From Antedon mediterranea (taxonomy: Eukaryota; Animalia; Echinodermata), in contig NC_092673.1 in assembly GCF_964355755.1 (NCBI RefSeq), forward strand, positions 35,895,648-35,959,647: a stretch of 64,000 nt of DNA. Direction: 5' to 3'. Under the pieces are notes generated by a model that was given only the letters and a program-made list of their open reading frames with translations, was not told the DNA's origin and did not search any database. The first letter of the stretch is position 1; each line of letters begins with the position of its first letter. Made by a program: the position numbers and the translations under genes. Positions 14,201 through 27,410 of the stretch are shown one piece after another.

Positions 14201-17200
14201 GCCATGATGTGAACAATATAATACAATTTGAATGCAGTATGGTATGACCTTGGCAAAAAGCAAAACATAATTAACATAAGCATCTGCTTTTTAATTGTTA
14301 TTATAAAGCAATTTAGCTTGATAGATTTAATAGAATGTAAGGCTTGCAGATGTTGTAATAATTTGAATATTTTAGCATTTATTCTTCGTTGTAACTCTTG
14401 ATTTAGACACAACGTTGGTCTTACGTGTGTAGGATCTCACTTTGTTCTTAGTTCATGCTTATTTTTTATATTCTTATTTTAAATATGTTGTTGACTTTTC
14501 CGGATAATTGTCTATAAAAAATATCACTAAATAATGCATTTAATTAATTCAAAATGTACGACATGACATCGACGATGATCATCTTATATATTACATTATA
14601 ATAAAGATTTATAACGCGCACTAAGGTTGCTTAAGACGCTTTTGAATTCTTATAATTTACACTCGCCTTATTATTCTGATTAAACACTCAATCAAATTGC
14701 GACTTTAAAAAGAGATATGTTGTCGTTTTAAACAAGATGTGATCATTCCAGGCAAGATCCGTAACAAACGTTAAGATTTTTAGCTTAAAACATGGATTGA
14801 GGATCGAATAAACTTTGTCCATTATTAGTTCAAACAAATTCCGTCACTTGCCCACTCAATGGATTATATTTTGGTGTAAAATTTAGAGAAAACGTCGTGG
14901 TATAAGTCTTATAGTTACAATTGGTCTTTACAAATGCTAAATAATACGCACAGATTGTGTTTCGAAGTCTTTTCAAAAGTGGTTGTCGAATAACAATAGA
15001 TGAATCAACGGTATAAATTAGCATACCATACTGTTGTTAGTAGTGTGTTTATTGAAGGTAGATGAATATTATGTGCACGCATTGAGCAGTTAGTGCTATG
15101 CATGTTAGTGTTAGTGCATGTTTAGAGGCAAAATACACGAGATAGCTTTCAATGATTAGAAATCAATCTTATAATTGTAATGTTATAAACCTTTTAAAAT
15201 GTTATGATTATGGTTATGTCGCTGGTTATTGAATTAGTTTTATAATTATGATTACCAAAGGTGCTTCGTAATAAAAAAAAAATCGCGGATAAATTTGTTA
15301 TTTAAAACAATTTCATGTGCAACTTGGATCTGCCCGATCGTGAATTAAAGATCTACGGTACTGGCTGATGCTAAATATTCAAATTATACACCTATGGTCA
15401 GTGATTTTACGTTGACCATGATGAAAGCTACTTGGTTTCTTTAAAATTTACATAACAAACACCATTGAATTAGTTCTCGTGAAATGGTATGCAGTACTGT
15501 AATTCCCCAAGGACATACGCCTCTTGTGTGTGTGTGATACTGGGAGTAATAGGCCTTATTTCTCCATGCTCATACTAACAATGCTTAGTTGTTATGTTCT
15601 GATTCAAGGGACATTTGTACTGTGAATTTTATTTCTCACAACATGTAGGCTACTCCATTTGTCCGAAATTTGAATTTATGTAGGATCAATCTAAATGACA
15701 TGTTTTATCACATCAGACTATAAAAAGTCAGAATTAAAAAATATGGTTTGTAGCAAAAAAATGGAATGGAATTTCTATTAAATTATAATATTGTATTCCT
15801 ATTTTTCTGGTTGTGCCATGAACTGTAAACTTAGAATAATTTCCGTAACTGCTAATTCTGCTGATAAATTCTTCCGCATATTTGAAAACTATCTCACAAT
15901 ATTCTACCTCCGGCAAACAAAAAAGCACTTAAAAAGACAAGCGGAAGGGAAATTACAAAAACTTTACGTTTCGTTTCCATTTTTGTTCTTTGACACCACA
16001 ACGACGTTGACAAAACGACGTCTCTTGAAGACCTTTACTCGTCGAACAAGAACATGTGACGCTTTCACTATTTTCTTTGGTTGTTCTTCTGCAACCTTCT
16101 TAAGTTCGGTCTCAGAACTTTTTTGTAATATCTTAGATTCTGCGGCTACCTTTTTTATACTTTTGTTATCAGAGTTGTTTTGTAATATCTTAGATTCTGC
16201 TGCTACCTTTTTTATACTTTCTTTATCAGAGTTGTTTTGTAATATCTTAGATTCTGCTGCTACAATTTCTATATTTTCTTTTTCATAGTTGTTTTGTAAT
16301 ATTTTATGTTCTGCTACAATTTTCTCTTGTTGTAAATTCCTGATATCTGCAATTTGTTCAGTCTTTGGTAAAGAATTAAAATCTGCAAATCTCCCTGATT
16401 GAGGTGTGTGTGTGATTGAACTGCTGCAAACAAAAGATATATTATGACGACGAAAACAAACAGACAAAAACCTATATATTTAAGCCATGCAGTCCTCTAG
16501 TGATAAAGTGTTCAGAAAATAAAAGATGTGTTGTAAATAAATAAGATTACGGGTCACTTATATACAGTACCATTAATATTATGATATTATTACAACAACC
16601 AAAAATAATTCACAGTGTACATCTCATGTAAAACAACACAAAATAACACACGTAAAATAGCACTACGATGTATAGGCTTACGATAAGTAGGCCTATAGAG
16701 AATATTAAACCAGTGCAGGCTGATTGTAGGCTGATGTACTTCTAGTAATAGCAAGTGTATAACCATTTTCAAAATTCAATCAATCAAAGTAACATTTATT
16801 TCCTTCAAATTAAAACAGTATACAAAATGGTGTAAAGAAAGGTAATTAAATTTAATGGATTTGTTTTTTTTCTCTGCCTGTGGTGTTTACGATATATTTT
16901 CAAATTGCGTTTATTCCATTCAACTAATTTAAAATATCTACCAATACTGAAGATCACTATTGCATTTAGATTAATGAAATGTCTGCCTGTAATGCATAGT
17001 CTTTGATTAACACAGCACTCTGTTAGCAGTGAGCCAACATAATGCATAGTCTTTGATTAACACAGCACTCTGTTAGCAGTGAGCCAACATAATGCATAGT
17101 CTTTGATTAACACAGCACTCTGTTAGCAGTGAGCCAACATAATGCATAGTCTTTGATTAACACAGCACTCTGTTAGCAGTGAGCCAACATAATGCATAGT

Positions 17201-18926
17201 CTTTGATTAACACAGCACTCTGTTAGCAGTGAGCCAACATAATGCATAGTCTTTGATTAACACAGCACTCTGTTAGCAGTGAGCCAACATAATGCATAGT
17301 CTTTGATTAACACAGCACTCTGTTAGCAGTGAGCCAACATAATGCATAGTCTTTGATTAACACAGCACTCTGTTAGCAGTGAGCCAACATAATGCATAGT
17401 CTTTGATTAACACAGCACTCTGTTAGCAGTGAGCCAACATAATGCATAGTCTTTGATTAACACAGCACTCTGTTAGCAGTGAGCCAACATAATGCATAGT
17501 CTTTGATTAACACAGCACTCTGTTAGCAGTGAGCCAACATAATGCATAGTCTTTGATTAACACAGCACTCTGTTAGCAGTGAGCCAACATAATGCATAGT
17601 CTTTGATTAACACAGCACTCTGTTAGCAGTGAGCCAACATAATGCATAGTCTTTGATTAACACAGCACTCTGTTAGCAGTGAGCCAACATAATGTCCGTT
17701 GCTCTATAAATAATAATAATAATAATACTGTATATTGTTTCAAACTACTTCGTGTATTGTACAACCAATAAAAGAGCTTGATTTGTTAAGATTAGTTTTT
17801 TTAACTTATCACCTTTTGTCAATTATTTAGATTTGTAAACTGTATTATTGACAATAAAGTTGAAAGGAACGTGCCATGCATTTAATTAGCCAATTAACAC
17901 ACTAATGTAATCTTCAACTAAAGTCCTGTCTACACTATCAAACTTTTTGACAACAATTGTGATGTGCCCATATATGGACATGATGATGTCATATAACTAC
18001 TATATTTGGGCATATCGCTACCATATTTAAGCATATCACTACCCTATTTGAGCATATCACTACCCTATTTGAGCATATCACTACCATATTTGAGCATATC
18101 ACTACCATATTTGGGCATATCACTACCATATTTGAGCATATCAATCACTACTAATGTAACCCTCCTCATTCATTATTATATTTTCTCTTCTCTAAAGCTA
18201 ACATGCTACCAATGATGAAAAAACTGATGGAAAAACTAATGTTAAGCTCTGTCTACACTATCAAACTAGTTTGACAAAGTTTGAAGTTCCCAAATATGGT
18301 AGTGATAGGCCCACATGGTAATAATATAACATCACCATGTCCATATATGGATACATCACAATTTTGTGGCACATAAAGTCTGACAGTGCAGACAGAGCTT
18401 AATTGTATTGAAAATTGAATTCAAAACTAAAAATAACACGGCACATTATAATTGTCATTCATACGCTATTCAGCCTTGATCTGATGCCATGCATGAGTTT
18501 ATGTGAATATATAAGTAAATCACAATAGCAATAATAACACTACACAAAAACATAAGTACATATTCACATTGAATTTAACATAAATTGTAGGCACGTGAGT
18601 CGGATAAATAATATACCAAATGGTGTGTTCAATGCTCACTTATTATATATCAATATAATTGTTTGAAGGTCACTTTGCATGGCAAAACCAAATGTTGACC
18701 GCAAACTTTATATATGCATATCAATATTGTATTTATGTTTTAAAACCCAATTTAAATAATTAGTATTAACTCACCTCTTTCTTCGTATCAGCCTATGATT
18801 TCCTTTATAAATTGCCACGATGAATATTACAAGAATGATGGCGGACATACATTTAGTTCGACGACACCTTCTCATCTTAGCGTATGGTACTAACCTAAGG
18901 CTGTGTTGATACCTAATGAGTTTCAT
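5218..18926 (-). CDS. Alpha-2,8-sialyltransferase (GT29, ST8Sia-like) paralog A, 8 coding exons, about 524 aa
   Basis: GT-AG exons with consistent phases: 18926-18775 (MKLIRY...[15 protein letters not shown] anchor), 16423-15968 (repeat-rich stem), 12677-12543, 8526-8382, 7979-7861 (motif [29 protein letters not shown]), 7296-7207 ([25 protein letters not shown]), 6416-6166, 5444-5218 (motif [24 protein letters not shown], motif III HYYE, VS HHFAQE, C-terminal Cys). GFWPF plus the C-terminal Cys is ST8Sia-type. Confidence 0.9.
8041..8305. mobile_element. MITE with an internal 22-bp tandem array
   Basis: TIRs TATGGCGCGCCAAGCTGTCATT / AATGACAGCTTGGCGCGCGCCATA enclose TTTAAAACTAAGATATCTCTAT-type repeats. 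Confidence 0.75.
8884..10118. mobile_element. Non-autonomous hAT-like element
   Basis: TIR CAGTGGCGTATCCAG / CTGGATACGCCACTG, flanked by a perfect 8-bp TSD CCGGCCTT. Confidence 0.85.
10480..11030. repeat. Interspersed repeat with an inverted copy at about 51100-51610
   Basis: CCAGCTGCTGGACCCAAAAAACGTCTGGGAAAAGAGTCTA and the following roughly 500 bp match 51100-51610 in reverse orientation. Confidence 0.75.
13735..13894. mobile_element. MITE family with TIR AGCTCTGTCTACACT; other copies at about 17921-18140, 18245-18400, 27007-27153, 28690-30059 (split) and 55290-55730 (split)
   Basis: Shared core TGATGTGCCCATATATGGACATGATGATGTCATATCACTACCATATTTGGG with inverted termini. Confidence 0.8.
16991..17694. 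repeat. Perfect 50-bp tandem array, 14 copies, intronic
   Basis: AATGCATAGTCTTTGATTAACACAGCACTCTGTTAGCAGTGAGCCAACAT x14, with no spacers. Confidence 0.97.
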
Positions 18927-21900
18927 ATTAAAATCCAGTCATCTAAAATATAAAAAGATATTACTGCACCTAAAACAAAATAATGAAGGCCAACTTCGAC
19001 CAGATGCGAAAGGAAAAGAAAGGGAAACAATCACATCATTAAAAGAACAATTAAAGGTTGGACGATGGAACATAAAATGATCACACCTTACAGCAGATGG
19101 TCTATAATGCTAAGGACAATAGCCTGAAACGTAGTGTGAAGTGGTTAACCGCTATGGTTCCGCTTTACACACACCCCACCCATCAATAGGTAGAGCCTGG
19201 CATATAATTGAAGAAATTATGTAAAAACATGAATGGTTAAATATAAAAACACTAGCAATATCGATATTTAAAATATATATCTATCTATTCATCTTTATCG
19301 TTTCAAATTAATTAATTAAATTTCAGTATATCACCGGGCGGTTTAGAATTAATGTTCTTTGCCTCTTGTATCTATCTATTTATAAAATATTTTAAAACGA
19401 GATAGATAATATTGATGATTATTGTCAAGTGTATAGAAAATATAAGAAAATTAATGAAAAAATGGTGGTAATACGGAATTCAAAAATGTAAAAATGTTAC
19501 TGATGAATTGTAACGACATTTGGAATTACAAAAATGTGTTAAAATAATATGATTTTATGTAATGAAATGAGATAATATAAATGTGAATAAAAGTGGTGTT
19601 TGCGCCACAAAAGAGAAAAAAAAGCAATATTGATATTTCAAACTGAATGTCTCATTAATTTTTGTAACTTGGTAGTCACGTGTTTGTAAAAAACTCAAGA
19701 GTCAGAACCGTCAATATTTCTCCAGCTTTGAAACCAATTTACTAATTCATTATGGTATCTGATCATTAAGACACGAATGGTAATGAAATCGATCTCATCA
19801 ACCTAGCTAATTATTCTAAGATCCATTTTGTAATACTCATTCAACAGGGAAATTGGTATCTTATTGTCAACAGGGAAATTGGTATCTTAATGTCAAGTTA
19901 CATACACTATTTTGTGAACTATAACTGAACATAAGATTACAATTTGCTATGTTCGAGTGTTTGGTATGTTGTTCTGTTCGAGTGCCTGGTATGTTCTGTT
20001 CGAGTGTCTGTATGTTTGCTCGGAGGGGGTCTAAACTAAGCCACTAAATGCACATCAAGTAGACAGGGGTTTAAAGGGTTAAGGCTATAATTTCATCCAT
20101 AACCACAAATGACAAGCATTAATGACAAGCATTTAATACAAAATTAGTGTATTTCCTAACATTCAGTTAGTTTATTCTTTCTAACACTTAAATAAATTAT
20201 GTTAGAATAGAAATTTTTAAACATAGTTAGGTCCTGATTTCAGACAGAGTGGTGTTAAAAATAATGATCATATAGAAAGCCATTTAAGAAAATGTAATTT
20301 GTAATTAATGTTTTTTTTTTGGTTGAAATAAAATTTACTTAATTTATTTTTAAGGGAGGTGGTTATTTGATTTGGTGCCTCTATATTTGTTAAAGGTTAA
20401 GTCCTTATACTAACATAACAAAAGTGTAACGTACCGAAAATATTTTATTTTAGAAGGATCAATTTTGTCGTCAAAAATAATAATCGATTAGTCTCTTCAA
20501 TATTATGCGTCAACTTAAGTAAGGTCTGTGTTTGCAATTTAAGAAACTGTTTGTACGCTTGGGCTAAAAGAAGTTAGGCCTAGCCTAATGATGTCTTAAA
20601 CAATCTTTCCACAGGCGTGGAGCAGACGAGTGATGAGATTTTCACGATACGAATTGTTAACAGGCCTTATCGCCCCATAGCAAGGTTACGTACAGGAAAA
20701 GTACGGCTTAAAAATCCGTAATAAAGTCCGGAGCAATGCCATTTAAATTTTAAACAGTATTCATTTCCATTAATTCAATATTTCTTTTACAATACTGATC
20801 TAAAAGTATGATTTTATTAATGAAAATGTATTATATCGTATTTTGTATATACACAGTAATCTAACTAACCATGGAGTATACAATTAGACGATCTAATTTC
20901 ATCTGGTAACGCGGCACTGGGCTTGGCTCTCCCACAGATATTCGTTGGTATTTCTACACAACAAAATTACAAGAAGTCAAGAATAAAACATATTTCATGT
21001 CGTGTTATGAGTTTCTTTAATAACATATATTTCTAAATACAAGGTTTAAAGGCCTAATAATGTTTTATGGTCTGCCATATACATAGAATGCTTGTGTGTC
21101 ATGAATTACATTATTTTATCACCAGAAAGAAGGTATTGTAGTCTTAACAAGATGATAATCTGTACTGAGAATATAATTTAGTTTGAACTAAAGGCAACCA
21201 CAAGAAAAAACCCTGTTACAAGGTTATCGACACTCACCTTATAGTTTGTTTGTTGAATTTAGTATCTTATTCCTATGGTCCGATTGTGAAAATTTGCTTC
21301 TTATAAACCAAACCCGGCAGTGTATACTCTATACTAATCAATAGTTTTAATAAAGCGGAAATGTTCCACATCAGTGGTTTTACAAGGAACAACCGCACAA
21401 TTGTATTTGGCAACTCAAACCAAATGTTTGTTACACAGATTTACATTTTTACATACCTATACATCTGTATTATAAAAAACTGCATAAATGTAACAGATTT
21501 TAATTATCTTTAGTATTTTTTGGTTTATTAATATTATAAACCGCTATTGTACGGTGTTGGAGCATGGAGTAATTCATTTACCCATCTTCATTTATAGTGA
21601 ATACATCTATGGACTTTATTTTTATCTGACTGACGCCCTCTGTTGTTGACTTTTCTGCGAAAAATTCTTCGTAGTCAATGAAGAATGGTAACAAAGTTGT
21701 TTCTTATTGTTTTTAAGTGATATGGCTACAATTTCTGAAATTTGTTTACTTTTTGTATTAATAATATTACAAATTATGATATTTGGTTATCTTTTTACTT
21801 AACGGCGTGCATTGAATGTAGACTTGATTTAATTGAAAATACCAGTTCTTGTGTTTTGTATGTACCATCACTTTGATAGTGGTACGTCATAGTAAAATTC

Positions 21901-22243
21901 AGATCTAGTGTGTTTTTGTGTTGACTTAGATAGTGGTACATCAGTATAGTAATAGTATTATTAACTAGATATTGTGTTTTTTGTGAGGTTCTCTCGCTGA
22001 ACAGGAAGTAAAATTAGTATAAAACATATAAAAATATCTACAAGCTCCATAATAATAGAGATCTCTATGCTCCATGAACCAAGTAGATAGTCTGAATAGA
22101 AAGTATGCAAGGCTGGTTTGGTATTTAAAGAACAATTGTTTAAGGCTTTTAAAAGGCATGAGGCTCAAAAAAGCGCAGTGAGTCACTGATTTGAACAATA
22201 GTGTTTAAATTACATATCCTGGTACGACGATAGAGGATGCTAA

Positions 22244-22596
22244 AGCTTGATTCCCACTAGCGACGCAACGCAACCTACGCAACATAAGCAAATTCTCTTC
22301 CAATAATTGTGTTTTCCCTCGCCTGCGTGAAATTAAACCTGCTTGTTGCGCGTCAACGTACGTTAGCATGCCGCAGACTAGACTTTGACCACCTGGTTCA
22401 CCGCGCGTACTTTTGAGTACGCGCTGTATTACCGTATGTTTTCTGGTGTTTTCCTTTTTATTTTTTCGTTGTTGAAATCAAACTGATTTGATTTCCCGTA
22501 GCGCTGTTGCGTCGTCGTTTCCTACTATTGATTACGAAATACGGCACTTTGCGTCGATACGTCGCTGCGTTACGTTGCATTAGTGGGAACCACGCT
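22244..22596. mobile_element. PIF/Harbinger-like MITE (TIR AGCTTGGTTCCCACTAG); other copies at 26758-26893, 30329-30688 and 58083-58262
   Basis: Inverted termini with TAA/TTA flanks and GCAAC-rich subterminal repeats. Confidence 0.75.
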
Positions 22597-23236
22597 TAAT
22601 AATGTTATGAGTTTCTTTAATACAATGTTTCTAAATACATTACAAGGTTATGTATTTTATCAGATTATGAATTCATGTTTTATGGTCTGCCATACATAGG
22701 CTGCTGGTGTATCATGAACCCTAGCCCTAACCCATAATATTTTATCACCAGAAAGAAGGTTCTGTATAATAAGATATAAATCTCACATATCCTATTAGTA
22801 TTAGGCCGATAGAGGATGCTAAATAATTGGAAAAAAAATTGTCATGACATGCTCAGTTAAAGCACAACTAAAACTAAACAGTCCGCGTACAATTCACAAT
22901 ATATGCATCACCTGCATGAAGATATTCTAACGAAAACACGTGTAAGAGTTAGATCAGTTTTGTTATGATTTAGAAAATAAATACTTAAAATCATGCAATA
23001 ATGAATGAAATAAAGTATAATAAACAGTATTATTTTGTCTTAGGCCTATACTACTAAAGACTAATCCTCCTATTCTTGTACAAACCACATTGTGTTCTTC
23101 GTGGGCAAAAACACAAAAGGACCGTATAGTGACCACATGTCCCTCATCAACATAATCGATAATTCCTTTATCCACGTAACTACGGTGACATTATTATTAT
23201 GTTACGTTACCCTCCGTGTTGTATGTCGTTATTTCT

Positions 23237-23790
23237 GGTTCACACTGCTGAAACAAATTACCTGTGTTGTGTAGCTGGTCTGTCGTTAGCTCTGGGTTAT
23301 ACTGAAACAAATCACCTGTGTAGCTGGTCCCTCGTATCTCTGGTTACACTTAAACAAATTACCTGTAGCTTGTCTGTGGTTAGCTCTATAGTTCACACTG
23401 AAACAAATTACCTGTGTAGCTGGTCTGTCGTTAGCTCTAGTTTACATAACATAAACAAACTACCTATGTAGCTGGTCTGTCGTTAGCTCTGGTTCACACT
23501 GAAACAAATTACCGTGTAGCTGGTCTGTCGTTATCTCTGGTTCACATTGAAACAAATTACCTATGTAGCTTGTCTGTCGTCAGCTCTGGTTGACACTGAA
23601 ACAAATTACGTATACAGCTGGTCTGTCGTTAGCTCTAGTTCACACTGAAACAATTAATTACCTATGTAGCTGATCTGTCGTTAGCACTAGTTCACACTGA
23701 AACAAATTACCTATGTAGCTGGTCTGTCGTTACCTCTAGTTCACATTGAAACAATTTACCTGTGTGATGAGTCTCTGATTCACACTGACG
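23237..23790. repeat. Degenerate minisatellite with a roughly 50-bp unit
   Basis: Repeated GGTTCACACTGAAACAAATTACCTATGTAGCTGGTCTGTCGTTAGCTCT. Confidence 0.85.
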
Positions 23791-26700
23791 CATATTACCT
23801 GTTAATGGGCCATTTCTTAGTTTTGATAAAGTTATTCACTTCCACAGAAAAAAGGAGGAAAATAATTTATTTAAATTAATATAAAAAACAAAATGAACAC
23901 AAAACTTGCTGACAGACAAGAGATTCCGGTTGACGAATTTTCATTTACATGTTTTTTATTCGATCCATTTTTTTAGCCAAAATGAATTATAATTAATGTG
24001 ACATTAAAATATTGCATATTTTTAACAAAAATCCAGGGGTCAATACAAAAAACAAAAAAGCAGGAATCTGTCTATCCAATCAAAGAAATGCAGTTTTGAA
24101 TAGTCACTGCAACAGATGGAGTTGCTGAATTCAATTACCACATTGTATATATGAGTTAAAGCAAGCATAATTAATCTCTTACGAGCCGATTTCAATTCTT
24201 TTGTCATGTAGACTCGTCCTCCATTAGTTAGAAGGTTCAATGTATGAATGAAGACCAGATAACATTTTTATCCGAATCTCGCCAAGCCTACCCAAAATCT
24301 ATGACCGCAATTATAGGAAACGCAATACAAAATATATAAATTCGGGGTGGAAGATTTTATTTCTCTGTTTAAAATTAAATACATACATATTATGACCTCG
24401 AAGTTGGCCTCGAAGTTGGCCTTTTGGCATGGACAGTTTGAAACCTTTCTTTTATACAGTAGTTTTATTTGTATAGTTTTAGCATACAAATTAAAGCGTT
24501 ACAGTAATCCATAGTAAACAACAGTGTTTCTGCTTTCAATCGTACAATGCTATAGGTTTAGCTGCTGAATGGTAAATCTCAACCGAATATGACACGGTTG
24601 ATCAGCCACGCATATTAATATAATAATGAACATGTAAATTAACTCTAATTTAGTTCCATAGAGAAATATTTTTAGGGCATGCTGTTGACCAAGAAAAGAA
24701 GACCGGAACAATTTTTAGCTGCACTGCGTAATCGCACTGCGCAACCTCAACTTTGAAGGTCACTATATGGCACGAGCATCTGGCATTGCGTGTGAATAAT
24801 AATTACACAACCAAAACAATCTAAACTACCAGAATCGGTTTTAGTTTTGAGTCATTTTTTTAAAATCATTAAAAATCGGTTTCCATAAAAAATGACCTTT
24901 TGGATTTTTTTTTTGTGTTTATAGAAACCGGCCAAGATACACTTTTGAATAACCAATATTGGTCCATCCAAGATAAATACAGAATTACTCAACTACAGTG
25001 GTACACTATGAATTTAGATAATTTCAGAATACCTGCAAACATATAATTATAGGCCTCACAATACACAATACCATCTAGTGTAACCAATGAGAATATTATA
25101 TCCATATCATTTCCGTCATGTTATAACCTAAGACTGCAGTTTATGCAATATTAAAATAATAAAACAAATAATCGGATTGCCACTATTTACAGGTGCCGTC
25201 TATTAGTACAGTATAACAATAGAGCTATAAAGTATAATAGCTAGCTCCATGGTAACAAATTGTAATTTTCCTCGTTTCTGAATTAATCAATATGCAGTAT
25301 ATTATCGGATGAATTAGAATTTGTTTTGTGGCTATAAATGCTATATATTTGTTGAATAGATCAAACCCTCATAAACTGCTGTATACATACAAGCTGTACA
25401 ATCAAACGACCGAACACAATATGGATAAGCCAGGAACAGTAATAATAAATGATTTGAATTTTCCAGAATGACAGGGGTGTGGTCGGGGTGCATTATTTTT
25501 TTCTCCTATGCTAAGGCAGAAAAATCACTAATAATTCAGAGATTATTATGACATCATTGGGGTCACTATATATTTGCATAGACAGAGATCAAATAGGCCT
25601 ACCTTGCATCAACTGGATCTGTCATGCCAAACAGTGGTCTTGAGGCATAGGCCTCATACTAATGATCTGGCGCTCTGGGTTCGATGCTCATCAAAATCAT
25701 CCGTATTTTGTTTAATAGTTAAGAGATTAGTTAGAGGATTAGGTTAAGTTATATTTAGAAAGTAGGTCTTATTTTGTATTTCTTTATGATAGAAATAATT
25801 GGGTTCATGGATTACTCATGATTTCGCCTTTTAACCGAATACATTAGCAAAAAAAATAATGCGGCCGGTCGTATGTTAAATAAGTCTGAACCAGTAAGTT
25901 TAAATAAATTGAAATATCACATTTATTATAAAGAAGTAAAACAAGATGTCTGTTCAGATCATTTCGTTTAAGATATTTTTGAAAACACGTTACAGTTTTA
26001 TTGTCATTTTATTGATATTTAGTGTCGTTTTTTATTGTCATTAACGGGTTGTCTTTGGTTAGCCTATTTCCTGTTCAGAGTCTAGATATGTTTAATAATC
26101 AACAAACATTTAAAGCACCCTGATCCTTACGAAATAGTGCTATATAAATGTCGCATAGATAGATAGATCTATCCATGGAGGTATTATACCTCCATGATCT
26201 ATCAGGGAGATGTTATATCTCTCTGGATAGAACGATAGATAGATAGATAGACTTCCCAGAACATAATTATATCAACGTTACTGGTACGGAATATTTCCCA
26301 AATGTAGGCCTAATTCATTATGTCATGCTTCCATAGTTACAGAGAATTATTTTTTCCCCCTTAGGCCTATATTGGATCCAAAAATATAAGATTTTAGTTT
26401 TACTTTTTGTATCAATTTAATATGCTATTTTTGTAAATTACATGCTTTTAAATAGAAGATTTTTGTTTTACTTTTTCTATCAATTTAATAAGCTATTTTT
26501 GTAAATTACATGCTTTTAGCTACGTTGTGTAATATTTCGAATGTTATACAATAATAAAAAAGAATGTTAAGTTTAAGCTTATCAAATTTTAGAAAAGGTA
26601 CGTATTGAATAAATAGTCATTTTAAAGCTAAAAATGTATGCATGATCAAATAAAAAAAAATAATTGCCATCACACATTAATTAAAGTAATTGCATTTGGA

Positions 26701-27410
26701 AATGTAAAATCATTTATATAAAACAAAGAGTAATTCTCCACTGACGTAAGTCTCTAAAGCGTGGATTCCACTAGAGATGCAACGCACGCACGTACGCGCA
26801 ACGCAAGCGAGTTGACCAATGACAAGCCACCGTTCGAATAATCCATCACATGAACGTCATTGCGCGCGTTGCGACTCTAGTGGAAACCAAGCTTAAACGA
26901 AACACAATGTGCAGTAATTAAACACTTCATTCCAAATGCTAATAATTTAAATATATAAAAATTAAGGTAGCTCTATTTCCAAAGTACCACACAAACAGTG
27001 TGTAAAGCTCTGTCTACACTATCAAACTTTATGTGTTTTTATGTGCCCATATATGGACATGATGATGTCATAATACTACTATATTTTGGCATATAACTAC
27101 CATATTTGGGCACATCATCATCACTTTATTGTCAAACTAGTGTAGACAGAGCTTAACTCAAGGAGAAGTAGACTAACGCCAATTCAAGACGTGCGTTAAC
27201 TCAAAACATTAGCTGGGTTTTACGTCAACTTAAAATGTTAGCCGAGTTATTACGTCAACTCAAGACGTAGTTTTACGTCAACTTAAACGATCGATGGGAC
27301 GTACGAAATCGTAGTCACTTCGTTACGTCAACTCACGACGTATTGGACCGTTACGTCAACTCACGACGTATAGGACCGTTATATCAACCCCAGATGTATG
27401 GACCATTACG

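Noticed and set aside
15791-16288. 165-aa plus-strand ORF
   Set aside because: Antisense to the ST8Sia A stem exon.
16991-17694. CRISPR-like array
   Set aside because: The units are contiguous with no unique spacers, there are no cas genes, and the context is a eukaryotic intron.
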